Source of the DNA: Ramazzottius varieornatus
Taxonomy: Eukaryota; Animalia; Tardigrada
Direction: 5' to 3'
DNA length: 64,000 nucleotides
NCBI GenBank assembly: GCA_001949185.1
Contig: BDGG01000004.1
Location: forward strand, 3,815,777-3,879,776
The notes below the pieces were generated by a model. The model saw only the letters and a program-made list of their open reading frames with translations, was not told the DNA's origin and did no database searches. How positions within the stretch are numbered: the stretch's first letter is position 1; every line of letters starts with the position of its first letter. The position numbers were made by a program, and so were the translations under genes. Positions 48,582-62,062 of the stretch are shown piece after piece.

Positions 48582-51500
48582 CTAGAGCGTACTGGAGATC
48601 AGACCTGGGAAACGGAAAATCTGTCAGCATCACTTTTCGCGAAAGAACGGTCGAGCGGAAAGTTTTCTTACCTTCTTCGCTGAAGCAGGAAGTGCAGTGG
48701 ACTTTCTGGTTGCTTACACGTACTTCCGCGCTTTCCGCTCCTCTGCTCAAGTTCTGACCGCAGACAACGCACTTGAAACATTTGGCGTGATAAAACAGTT
48801 GCAAGCTGTCAATAATCATCGCTTGCGCTTGGCCTGAAATAAGTTTGACTTAGCCTTTGGATCTTTTTGACGCTTTAACCAGAGAAAGTACCAAGGAGCT
48901 TACCGAGCAACTCGCCGCAATGTCCACAAGTCTTATTGGCATTCACACTGTTCATAGGACGATTGAATACCGGTGATAAACTTGTAGTTTGCTGGCCAGG
49001 AAAGAACTTTGGTTGAGCAGGACTTTGTAGGTTGGAAGGCGAGGAGGGATATTGGGCCTGTCGTGGCTGCATGCGAGGGTTGGGCGGCAAGTAGCCTATA
49101 CAAGGAGCTTGCTGGTACTTTTGACCAGGGATGTATGACGGAGATGGCATAGGCTGGTGGTAGGAAGGCATGTTTGGCTGTGAAATGCTGTGCGGCATAA
49201 CGTTGCGGTTCGTTTGCGGCTTGTGAACCTTTACCACTTGTTGCTGCTGCGGTAACGAAGGTGGCATGACGTTCCGGTCGAGCTTCAGTGAACCGGAAGT
49301 TGCGAAGGATCGATCCATCGAACGATCCCGCGAAGAATCTATAATAATCGATGAATAGATTGCCGTTACAAAGTACAGATATTGGTCAAGTCTTACCAGT
49401 TACACGGTCCTTGCTGAAGTTCCCGTAAGACTGTAAGTGGACAGTCGGCTGTCCGACAATATGGACGGACTTGCCGAAGTCAGGTTCGCTGTGGTCCTGT
49501 TGTGGAACTTTCTGGCGGTTCTGTATGGCCGAAGTGCCCAGCGGTGTTCTTTCCGGCAGGGATGGAGGGATGGCCGCTTGTCGTTGACGAGTCTCTACGT
49601 CTGCTAGCCGTCTCAGTTCGGCTTCTTGGACCAGCCAGTGCTTTTGGACATCACCAGAGTACGTAACGCTCTTCTTCAAAGGTTCGGTCTTCGATTGCAC
49701 CCGTTCAGTTAGCGGTGGTGGCATTTTCGGGATGTACAGTGGCTGATATGCCATGGTGGGCGCTGTATTTGGGGACGAGCTGGCGGGTGGCAGTGGCGGA
49801 CGGAACTCGGTGGGCATCGGGGGTCTTGGTGGCTGCCGATTCTCTTCTTCCGGGATGGGCTGACTGCGGACATTCACGTTGGAAGGAGGGAAATGTGGAG
49901 AAGGTTGAGCGCGAGGAAGCGACGCCGAGCTGGCCATTCCAATAACAAGACCTGGAAAATACGTTTCCCGTCGAAAAACACTCACAATGATTTAGGGAAT
50001 TTGACAAACGAAGTAGTACTGTATCAGATTAGTTTTTTTTATCCGATATGTTTTGACCGTACCTGGGTCGCTTCGTCCGCTGGAGTATCCACCATCACTG
50101 TGATCCCTGTTGTGCTGCAGATGGACTGCTGATGTACTGGGAAACTCTTCATGTGTTGGACTGATTTTTGGCAGAAGCTCTCTGGTGACGACGGTTTTCG
50201 GCAGAGAACCAAGCGCTAGTCGTGAGGGTTGAGAAGGCTCCATTACAACGCGCCCTGTCATGAACTTCTCTTCCCTGATGTCTTCCGACCTCTCAACAAC
50301 GACAGAGTGGGTCTTCTCGGTCTTCTCCAGCCTGTCGGTGTAAACGATCGGGATGTGGACAGTCTTGCTGACCACGGGCTTTCTGACAAGCTCGTATGCA
50401 GGTTCTGTAGACGCTTTCTTCAGTATTCCCGCCGGAGGCTCACGCTTTTCTTCCCAGCTCGGCGATACGGCTTTCAGCTCTTCCTTCTCCTTCAACAGTT
50501 CTCTCCTGTATTCCTCAACAATGGAAGCTATGGCACTTTCTGTGGTCTTGAGCGATGGTTGAGATGGCTCTTCCTTGTCTAATGCCTGCGCAATGGACTT
50601 CTGCAGTCTTTCAACTTCGTCTGGTTCGTCTCTCTCTACCTTCTGCTGTCGGTTTCTTCCCGCCGAGCTCAACTGCTGGTCTGCTTTTCTTGATGGAAGG
50701 ATCTTCGGAGAACCTTGTGTCCTTATAGGAGAAGATTTGCTCGGCTCGTGGTGGCTGTGAGGTCGCGGCTTCCGACTGATTGAAGACGATGACGACACTT
50801 CCTCTTTCTCCGACGAGGAATCTCGTTCGAGCCCGAAGAAGTCTGATCGACGGTTCAACAATTCGGTCTTCAGTCGCCTTGTGGAGTCAGTTCGACGGAA
50901 ACATACCGACGACTGTGAATCGTCCGAATGTTGGCTATTCTCTTGACTGCTGTCATTTGATTCACCTTCGCTGTCTAGCGGAGGCGGCGGACTGGGGAAA
51001 CACGTTTCCGTTTCACAGTTGTTTTCAAACTCCTCATCTTCTGCGAGAATTGTAGGTGGAGGCATGTTGGGCATTGGTGGAGGTGGTGGAAGATCTTCGA
51101 AAGTCTCGACGACTTTGTTCTGTTTTGACATCCACTCATCTTGCTGTAATGATAAAAACATAAGGGCCACAAATACTCGTCTGAACAAAAAATTAGAATA
51201 ATATTTTGTTGGAAATGTGAGAATACGAAATGTACCGTAGCGCCGGTCGATGAAATGAGATCGGACTTGAGCGGTATGGGACCGAGTATTCCGTCGATCT
51301 CTTGCATGTAGCGTTGCGGAAGCGTGGCGTCCGTCAGTGGCCAAGTCTCCACCTCTGTGTGATGTTGAAGAGCCGTCTTTGACATAGGTACTGTCCGGTT
51401 GATACTGGCCAGGTCTTTGGACAATAACCTGCTCAAGCCACCACTTGATTCTGAACGTGTTGAGGTCGCTTCAACCGGTGTTGGCATTTCAAAAGCACTT

Positions 51501-54500
51501 CGTGCGCTTTTGACGGTCACACTTTTTTGCTGAGGATCCTTCTTGTCATTGTCAGCACTTGTCGTCCTCGTTTCAGCGCTTCGCTCAAACATGGACAGTT
51601 TATCGCGCAGCGAAAGTTCAGGTTTAGCTAGTTCTTTGTACCTGTAAAAAGAAGTCCTCCGTGAGAGTCTTTCATGCATTGGCAAGAAACAAAGTGGCGG
51701 AAAATCGCTGTATAAAAAGCATAAGATCCGATAAACAGAAATCAGGGTGCTCTCGACAAGACTCCTCGATTTCTATTACATCAGTCTATACTTTGTTTCT
51801 CAGCGCCAACTGAAAAAGCAGTATTTTGGCACGATTAATTAGTGACTATTAAGCGTCCAATTACCCGCATTTTCCGGTATCGAGCACAACGGCCTGGTTC
51901 TCCAGCTGAGAGACCTTCTGGAACAGGGCGAGCTTTTCGGTGAAGGGTTTGACCTTCGTCTCGATGTTTGGATTCTTGCCACTTTTATCTTCATCGGAAT
52001 CGCTTTTCGAAGGTGAGCCCAACACTTTCCAGTCGTTGACACATCCGTCAGTGCTGTCAATGCGCGTCAAAGAGATAATTTTCTTGGTGGGCGTCATGAC
52101 CATTTCTGGTTTTGCTATTTCGCCGGTAGTGGTGCTGTGCTGTTGCTGCAGCTGCTGGTGATGATGCAAAACATGTTTGTTGTCGAAGAGCGAGGTTGGC
52201 TTTGGTGTTGGGGAAATTGGCGGAGAAGCACTCGTCAGAGACCTTGAGGACTGTAAGAAAAGAGCGACGAATGAGTATACTTCAAATTAATTACAATTTG
52301 TATCAAGTTGAGAAGGGCGCGTACTCGAGGCGATCCAATGCCGGAAGATGAATCCTTTTCACTGTCGTCTAAGGGGACAATACTGTTCGATTCTGGCTTG
52401 GAATTCGCATTCTCCATGATGGTTAATGTCATGTCATCTGCCAAGGCACGAAAACGTCAATATCAAAATACTTCAAAAATTTCCAGAAGGAGCTCGCCAA
52501 ATGAACTCGAAAAGAGTTGTTTTTCCAAGTGGCGCAAGTTTTCGGCTTTATTGGCTGGTAAGGTGCGCCGGTTGGAAAAACCGGTACGATGGAGTATATT
52601 TTCGCAGGTCCGGTATAGTCTCCATACAAGCCCTAATAACGAGATTTGGGATCGAGCCGCACATTCAAACATACCTTTATACATCTCCTCCAAGTATGAA
52701 GGCATTATTCCATGTCGCTGCACTTTATCAGCCAGCATGGCAGGGAAGGTCCTCAAGTTCCTTTCCGGTGAGTTTTTCGGAGTCTCTTGTTGCTCATCCG
52801 TGGTTGTCAAAGGTAGATGACTGCGGCGTTTGCTTTTCCAGTTGTTAAGATTCTGCGAAAAAGCCGAAAGTCTTATACGCCATGATGCTTCTTCCTGGTT
52901 GAAGCGAGGTGTTAGTCTGACAAATTCTTACCGACTGCCACTCAAGTTCATCTTCTTTGAGCTTTTGCTTGTTCTTCTCGACTTCAAGCACGGTCGGCGA
53001 TGAATCCATAGCGGTAGGCGATTCCTTTGTCTTGATAAACTGTAATGGATTATTTGCACATTGAACAGTTGACGGAGCGCGCATGTCCAACCGAGCGTCG
53101 GAGAGCTGGTCAAACAAAAAAATATATCGCGGGCAAGATCAACCGTAAACCTGTCAATCCACCATGCACAGGAAAGCAGATAGAGCAGCACATCTTTTTC
53201 AGACAACTACTCGCTCGCGACAACGCTCATTAATTACATTTAATTCTGTTCTAATTTACATTTGAAAAACTAGTTTCCCAACTGCCCCAGTTCACACTGG
53301 TCAAGGTAAACTTCGCTGAAAGGTTTTGCCGAAATTGATAAATGAAACGATGCGAAGATACTTTGGGTTTTACCTGTTCGGAGAGCTTGTCTCGGGTCTG
53401 CAAGCCGGTATCTGAATTCAAGGAAGGCGTCGTGGATCCACATGCGCTATCACAGGACGATTCAATACTATCAGAATAATGGGCGTTTTTGGCACGTCGA
53501 TACATTTCGTCGTCATTAATCCTGGCAGTCATGGTATCCTCCCCTTCACCCACTTCGAGACTGGGCTCACAGTGTGATGAATATGGCGCAGATGCCGTTT
53601 CAATCAGATTGCCGTTCTCGGGAACCGACGAATGTTCGGGTTCGGTTTCCTCGTTGACCACAGTTCGATCGTCCTCTTGTACTTCCAATAGTTCCTCGGC
53701 GTCGCTCTGGTTATCGGGCTCTGAACGATTACACACGGTAGCTTGATTTTGATGCAAATGACGAAGGTAGTGTTGAAACAACTGGGTGAACGCCGTCAGG
53801 TCGAGCTGCGGTCCGCCAAAGGTGGGTGTTTCCTTGGCGCGAAGTCCAAGCAAGTAGACGGTTACGGTTACCTATCATGGAACAATGGTTATGAATAGCA
53901 CAAGCACCCACTACTTCAGCTCAGGCGCGATTGACAAGCTTGCCACAACAGTCCAACAACATGCGGCAGGACAAGCATGGCGTGAAATTCATGCGGCAGT
54001 CGGCAGCCATGCAAGAACTGGTCTCCAAAGTACACTACTCGGTGGAACTAGGGAGTCGGACACCCTGCCTTTAGTCGGCCACCCTTTAGAACTCATCGGT
54101 CCTACCAGTGTCCGATGCTTTTGTTTTGCCTCGTGCATGCTAATGGCAGTACAAACATTCAACGAGCCACACCCGTCGGTACAACAACACGAGTTAAAAT
54201 AATTTGTAGTCGAAGTCAGGCAAACTGGTCGCACAGCTGGATTTGTGTCACAACGACTTACTCTGATTAAAGCCTCCTGAATAGCGTCTTGGGCATCCAC
54301 CGAACTGTAAAGACACAGAAGGAACAAATTTTATTTGGTTTCCTCGCAGCACAATGGAACATTTGTAAGTAATATGCCACTTGAAGAAAAATCAATCTGT
54401 CAGCCCTTTTTTATAGGTCGACTTCCTCCTATGCACTTAACTATACTTGTCCCGCCCAGTATCAACTCAAAAAAACCTCACTTCTGAGAGACAAATATCA

Positions 54501-57500
54501 ATTAAAATAGTTAAATAGCCCTCAGGTAAAACCATCTGTATTTTTTCTCACGGATCGCCTGAAAGACTTCCCGTATGGTACGTCATATCTCACCATGTGA
54601 TTCACTGCATGGGCGATAACGACCATCAGGCATACTAGAATCCTGTAGAGAAATATAATACCAAGATGGTGCGGTCGAGTGAGTGACTATACGCGCTATA
54701 AAGGAGATTCGCCGACTGACTTTCTTTGACCGCAGCATGCATGGCATTCTAAATCTGTCCAATGCCCTTGGTCCATCACTTAATATTCTGACTGGATTCT
54801 ACGCGGAATCTTGCACACTGCCGCGCTGCTCAAAATCATCTTCGCCTGTATCGCGCGGACAGATCATAATTTGTGCTGTCAAGTATGTAACACGCCGCAG
54901 CACCCGGAGTGTTAGACAGTAAGCAGCTTCCTCAACCATCAATCGCCTCTTCTTCCAGTAAGAAAACGCTCGGACTATTATACGAAGCAAATCTAATATT
55001 TGTCCGTAATGCGGTACTTGACCCAGGATGATCCGCGCGCCCATTCCGGCAGATTGTGCACTGAACTTTCGGATTCGATTCGCCTATCTGGGTACTCTGT
55101 AACAGGGAATTTTGGGGTGTATAAAAACTCACCAGATGTATCTTGCTGGTGCGTGGATGTGTTTCGGCAAGAAAATGAAATGTTCGTCTATTCCAATTTT
55201 CCGGGCAGCAGATCGAAACGATTGAAGGCAGTCCTGTAATCAAAATCAGAGCATCAGTCAACAGCAGAGCGGCAATGTCGATCAACGCATGTTCCTAATT
55301 AGTGGCTGGTGATAATGTACATTGACAGACGAGGGCTATAATAGGCATCTGCATTTCTCAGTTTCAAGCTCCGACTGCCAGATGAACAGGTTGAAGAATG
55401 TTGATCTACCCAAGTGGTCTTTCGCGACATATCCGGTCACAAGATAAGCTTCCCACATAAATAAAGTCTTTAAATCAAGGTCGAAGCGGCACTGTGTTGT
55501 CTTCACCCGCACGGCTGTCTTGAGAAATCAACAAGGCGGTACCGTACAAAAAGTGAAGAGCCAGCCTCCAGTAAAAAAGATGAGCGACCATGGACCTTTG
55601 AAATTGAAAAAAAGTTCTCATCCAGACAACGCTCACTTACTAAAAGCTCGTTTTTCCACCTCCGACTCGAAACGTATTTCTCCCTGTTTTCCTGGTATCA
55701 ATATTTTCTGTTAGATGTTCCCTCACTGTCCATTCCCCCCACAGCCCACTTAAATTCCCATCGAGCACATCAATGTCAGGAAAGCTGGGCCATTTTTGTT
55801 TGTACAGGCGACCGTTCGCAAACACCACAGCTACTGTAAAGTATGTTAATGTGACAGACACGAGGAGACATCTCCTAGCACTTTAGACAATTTCAAAAGA
55901 TGCGCGCCATCTCTGCTGTACATCCGTATTGCATAAGGGTTCCTTGAAGTGCTGGACAAATATCCTTCCGTCCTAGTCAGGTTCGATAAGCTGAGAACAC
56001 TACGTTAACGGAACTTCAAAATTAATACACATTGCAGTATACCTTTGGAGCTGGAGGGATATGCCAATAACCAAGAAAAGCAAACTGAAAGTCCGCCAAG
56101 GATCAATAGCAATCTCGTCTTAACACGTAATCCAAACAGTATCCCAGAAAAGATTATCCAACAAAGTTGACTTTCCCTCAACCAACGCGAAGTTTTCCGC
56201 TGCACCAAGCCTGGGTATCTGTCCACATAGCATTTGAGCCGATTTTATGGAAAAAGAAAAATGTACGAAACGAAAGAGATGCAGACAACTCTCTTGTGGT
56301 CAGCAAGTGGTCAAGCGTAATAGATGCAAGGACTAACGGATGGAGAGGGGGAAGGAAGAAGTGGAGACTGGAGTAGAGTCAAGGTAGAGTCCGGCTGCCA
56401 CTAAAAGTGGTCAAGCAGGCCTCATGGTTCGGTATGGCAGGAAGAAGAACAAAGACAGCTTTTGAGGGCTGACACTGGTCAGTCCGCGGAGGAGGCAGCC
56501 GCGATAGAAGTGCTGCTCGATAGTACAAACGGATATGGAGGTTGAACTGCATTCCATTCCAGACCTGGCCCGGCTGCCTTACCGACACGCACATGACTGG
56601 CGTAGTCTAATTGCTAACACCTTTGTCACTTACCTCCGCAGAATGGCACGATATTCCCGGAGGAGAGAAGGCATGCTGCTGACCGGACGAAACTCAAAGC
56701 AAAATATCGATCGGTGTGGACACTGGTCGAGCAAGGTCACCTAACAGCTCAATACCGATCGACGTTCCAAAGCCTGCGATCTCCACTTTCAGCTTCATGA
56801 CGCAACGAAGCATTTCCTGAGTGTTAGTTCAACTTAACTTGTAAGCTTTGAAATTCCTTTCACCAGCTTAAATATAAACCCTGCCATAATATTCTTATCG
56901 TCACAGCCCGGTAAATACGTACCTGCCCATAAAGCCTTGTGTGGGTTTCATCCGCACTTCCGTCGTCGAGCTGTAAATAGCGTGGCCAAATCCGTTCGAG
57001 AAGCCTGTAAAAAGTGAGGAAAAACCCGGTCGTTAAATTCGGTCAAAAGCTAAACGAAAACGGAAGCCAGATTGGCCATTAGATTTATTGCTTAGATTTA
57101 ACGCTGATTAATCCGCAAAGTCAATACAAAGGCATTGTTCGCAAGGGTGTCATTACATCCCAACAATACCGTGAAAAGAAAGCTGCTGCAGCTGCATTTC
57201 GGCGTTCTCAAATTCACGGATCAGTTTCTTGCATATAGAAAGCAGCCATCTTGAACGATAAATATTTCTTTTAGCGCTGAACTGGGAGCTGGGCATATAA
57301 ATTGAACCAGGTCGCTGACCCAACTGGCGCAAGCTTTCAGCCAAGAACAGTGAAAACGTGCGCCACTTGAGATGAAAACTTATGGTTCAACTCATTGAAC
57401 CAGCTCCAAATTGATCGGCAAACTCTCACTGAGCGGACCAGAGCCAGGAGAGATCAGCCGAAAGTACAGTACTTACTCGCACACCAAAACGCCGTCTTCC

Positions 57501-60500
57501 AGAGACTCGAGGAAATCGGGGGAGCGGAATTTGTTCCGGGTGACCGCCTGCAGATAAAAAGGAACAGATTCAGAGCTGAAGGCAAGTCCGTTGACTGCAA
57601 GTCCCTACTGGGACCTAGGCAATTTAGGATGATATCAAACACATGGTCCCGAGCTCGCCACAGAACACACTGTACTACTAACATCAACACAAACGTTTGC
57701 AAAGGACGGAAACGTTCCGGCATGCAATCTCATTTTTATCTGGTGTGAAAATTTGCTCAGTATCGACGCCGCCCGTAAAAGTGCTTGTGCCGTGGAGTAA
57801 TTTCTGATAAGGTTCATATTTCCATGCGAGTGATTACCCGCAAAACGATAACTTTCACTTTCAATCTACCAACTGAACTCGACGGTAAACACGGAAGACA
57901 AATAATTTTAACTACATGGTTTGCGCAGCGCCCCCTGTGAAGATTTCCTGAAGGTTGCCCACTAGGTGGCGCCACCTGTGGCACCGGAACCTCGTGGTGG
58001 GACTTCATTAAAGCTTGTGGCGTGGTGCATTGTTATGCGCTCTTGGACATCGTTCGTCAGCTAACTGACTTGTTGTAATTTATGACCGACACCGACAAGC
58101 AATCAAATTTGATACACTCTAAATACAGCGTGCAGAAATCATATACGTCCGAGCCGGACGTATACGATTTCACACTTCAATTGGACATTCCTAAAGTTTT
58201 TCAGATCGCTCTTTGTGAAAATTTCGGGGTCGCATGACAGCATAACGGAATTTTTCTATGAAATACGAGCGGTACGTATGGTTCGACATGACCGCAAGTG
58301 TTGTCCGCTGCCATCAGCGACGGCTGCGACGCCATCACGGTCATTACATTGCCGTACTTCACCGCGAGGAACGCAAACGACTTGGAAATGGTGGTTTCTC
58401 ACTATTCCGCAACATGTCGGAAAGGCACAATGTCTGTCTTGTTTCAATATTGATTTACACCCATTGTTTTATCGAGCGAACACGACGTTGGCACCCGCAT
58501 ACGCTGAGCCGGAAATAATCAGCTCTGCCAGTGACATATTGTAAACGATGCACGCCTCCTTCATTTTTCTGGTATACCGAATTTACGAAGAAAGCTGCGA
58601 ATCGTATTCTGTGATATGCGGAGCTATTGGAAAATTATAATCAAAATTTTTTGAACACGACATGCAAGACAAGTAGCACTAAATGGGACGTCGACAAATG
58701 AACTGAACATAATGGTCATCCAAAGTGGCGCACGCTCTCGTTGTTTTAGGTTGGAAAGGTGCGCACTTACGAAAACGATGATTCGTGGACGTGCCAAATA
58801 AAGTTACTCTGTACTATAGCTAGAAGTGCTAAAATATGCTTGACTAAGGATAACCCGGCGTTCAGGAAAGAGCAACATTCAGCCGAGCTGCTCAGCAAAC
58901 AATAGGGAAACGCAATTCAAAAATAGGCCATCACACCGGAAACTTTCCAAACGCACTGGCAAAGTTTATTCTCATGCGGTCACACTATATTGATTCAGTA
59001 TTCCCACGGCCAAATTCACGAGATACATAACGAGCCGAATACAGATGGCCTACATCAATCATCGTTCACGGATATTGTAAGCAGGTAACCAAGCATGTAA
59101 CAAAAACGACTTCTGCAGCAGCTAATTTTCAAAGACCACCAGCGAGTCGATATCAAACGAGACAATACAATCACGATGGCTGATATGACGAATTTCTCAT
59201 GCAATCCCTATCCGTGTGTACACATTATCCGCGGCGACCTGTCGCCGAGCTCGACGAGTGTTCGAGCATATTCCATCAGTCGCGTATCAGCGAATTTCGG
59301 ATACGCCGAACGCTCAAGTGGCAAGTGACGGATCGGCTCCTGCGGTAGTCTAATTACCACAAGTCCGCATGGCGGTCCACCTGAACGCTAAAGACCTCAA
59401 ACATAAGACTTTGCCGAAAGACTGTTTACAGAGCTGTTTTGGAGAGCTGGTTGCTTGACAGATCAAGTGACCAACACGAGCGAACATATCCATCGCGTGC
59501 AGCCATTGTTCAAGCTCGGTGGGAGATTGTTCGCCGTAATCAATACATCTATCAGACCAAAGAAACTGAACGCAATAATTTTATCTTACAAAATTATTTT
59601 CAGGTGAACTTTCATACGGAATTTTGTTGAGTGATCAAGCTTGACTAGAAAAATTGGATGGGAATTTAAACGATGAATTTCGACGGCAGTTGCTACAAAC
59701 ATTATGACCCGACCTTGGATCGTTCCGCACCGTTTCTCAGCAAACAACCGCAACCACAGTCTGTCACATGTACAGCATAAATGGCCAAAATGTCATGAAC
59801 GCACGACCAACATCAATAATTTTGACCAGAAAGCTTGTTCGGAGCGATATCGAAAATACGCCCCGAGCAGGAAATATTCAAAAAACTCTGCCTCGGAATT
59901 TTCTTCGTGTGGAAATTTCGAGCTCTAGCCCTGTATCAATCACGGATTTTCAACAAGACGAAACCGGTATGGCACTCTTGCAATATCGAAAAGCAAACAA
60001 AAAGAGCCGGGCGGTGCAATGTGGTGAGTTCAGAAAAGACAAATATTCATATTTCATGCGCGACTTGATATGAAAAGGTAGGGCAATCGATGACTCAATC
60101 CCAATTTCACCATGATCAAATTTCCAACACACTTTCCCCTACAAATATATCTCTCAAATCACCCATAAAACTTGTCAGGTCTTATTTACGCACTCGGATT
60201 CTGCGAAAACGCGTTTTCTAATTCTGCCTTGAAACACATTCATCATCAAAGTCCGAATTTTGCCAATGATTAATACACTAGACTTTTCCAAAACTTATTC
60301 TTCAAATTCCATCCAGTCGACGGTCTTGAGTCAGCCGATTTAAATTAACTTTTTATGCAATTATTAGTATAACTCTGTGGGTGTCAACAAACATAATCGG
60401 ACAAGCAGCTGCTGACGCGCGAATTAGCACACAAACGACTTGAACAAGCTTAGATACTCCAATCAAAAAGTATCGCTAACCTCGACCCATCTTTGTGACT

Positions 60501-60582
60501 CATTGACGGCTAGATCCGTGAGAAATTCCAGCTCATCTTCGTGGAGCTCCACAAAATGGGCGTCCATCCGCAGGTTATCCAT
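48582..60582 (-). CDS. LMO7: LMO7/LIMCH1-family protein (calponin-homology domain, DUF4757-like segment, C-terminal LIM)
   Basis: CH exons LAVNESQRWVE (60480-60582), AVTRNKFRSPDFLESLEDGVLVC (about 57477-57547) and VTVTVYLLGLRAKETPTFGGPQLDLTAF (about 53790-53870). Also EDELEWQS-NLNNWKSKRR, KHWLVQEAELRR, LIM CGHCGELLGQAQAMIIDSLQLFYHAKCFKCVVC...AEVRVSNQKVHCTSC, and end GLISSTL*. Some internal exons are unresolved. Confidence 0.85.
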
Positions 60583-62062
60583 GTTGCCCGCTAAAACTGA
60601 AATTACGATTCGCAGCAGATATAATTGTTGGTTCCAGCACGAAAACATAAAAAGGTTTTGGCCGATGGAATGAGAAGCTTGCATTAATATCCAAAAGTGG
60701 GCATACCATTTATAGCGCAAGTTGGACCGTAAGAGGGGCATCCGCGTGAAGGGAATGCTTGAGAAGAGAGCTTTGTCCAGATAAAGTATCAGCGATTCGG
60801 AATGCGTGAACAGTCATGTGGAACAAGGAAGCTAGCCCAGACTGACGACAGCCAGACACGCAGTTATCAAACAAGGTAAGCTGACAAGGAACAAACGCAG
60901 CATGGGGCTGTATTGACGTTTCTAACGTATACGCTGAAAGCGGAAACGAGAAAGAGCGAAATTTGAGGTTGCAATGCAAAAGGCATAAACTGTGCACCGG
61001 TGAGCGGCGTTCACAGGTACACACTTACCGTGACACGCCCTCCAGGTAGCGTACGTGGGAGGCGGTACGGTAAGTGCGTAGCTTCGCTTCTCCGGGCGAC
61101 GAGGCGGCAAATGCATGCTGGACTGCGTCGTTCGGCAAAGGAAAGTTTATGTACACAAAAGCTTGAGCCCAGGATAGTTCGTATTTTGGGAGAATGAAGG
61201 GTCTCAGAAATCCAGTTCAAAAAACCATGCCAAAGTCAGTTGTGGTTAATCTGGTCTCACGTTGAGGCTAAGGGAGGAACTGCCCATCAGCGGGACGAGG
61301 TTCGACAGATGAGGTGCCGCCCGTGCCGGTTCGACTATCTTGATTTCGTCTCCTTCTGGAATGCGTTGCATCGTTCACCTTGATCTTTGTTCCACATGGT
61401 CGGTAAGGTCCACATCAGGAGCCACGTGCACACACAATATTCACAAGCCCGACACTTGCACTTCCTGCAAGGACAAAAGAAATAAATAAACTGGCACTAC
61501 TGCATGATGGTAGGTAGCAGACTATGACGAATCCGAAGCTTTAACCGAGCTACTGTGGTAACTTCGGCGTAAATTTGCTTTATAATCACCAAAGAGGAAG
61601 ACTCCAGGGAGAAAATATCGTTTGATGTTTGGGGTGAAGGAACCACGTTCGTCTGGTCTCTGCAGAAGGTCTGAGCTCCTGTCTTCGGCAAATGATCAAA
61701 GCTTAAAACCCGAAGGTGCACCAGCCAAGCTTTCTTGCTTTATTTTATTACACCTTTATTTCGGCCAAAGAGGCCCGAAACAGACCAGAACTGGAAAACG
61801 ATCACCAAATGCGATTGGACTTCCGGTGGCTAAAACACATGTATAAGACAAGAAATTATGGAATAGAATAAATTCCGAATATTGGTTTCGTCAATTGTCA
61901 CACCGACAGAGACCGTTCTCTGTGTATATCACCGTTGTGAAAGTTCCAAAAAAACCACCAGCATGCCCGAAACTCAGGCAAAACATCCAATGAGCTTCTG
62001 TCGTTGGAAACGTTTCTCGACAGAATGGACAAATTATCACTTGGCAGCTGCCCTGGACGAAA

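Noticed and set aside
48115-48600. Extension of the 234-aa ORF beyond the LIM domain
   Set aside because: The frame runs through an intron and the 3' UTR. The spliced CDS ends GLISSTL* at 48582.
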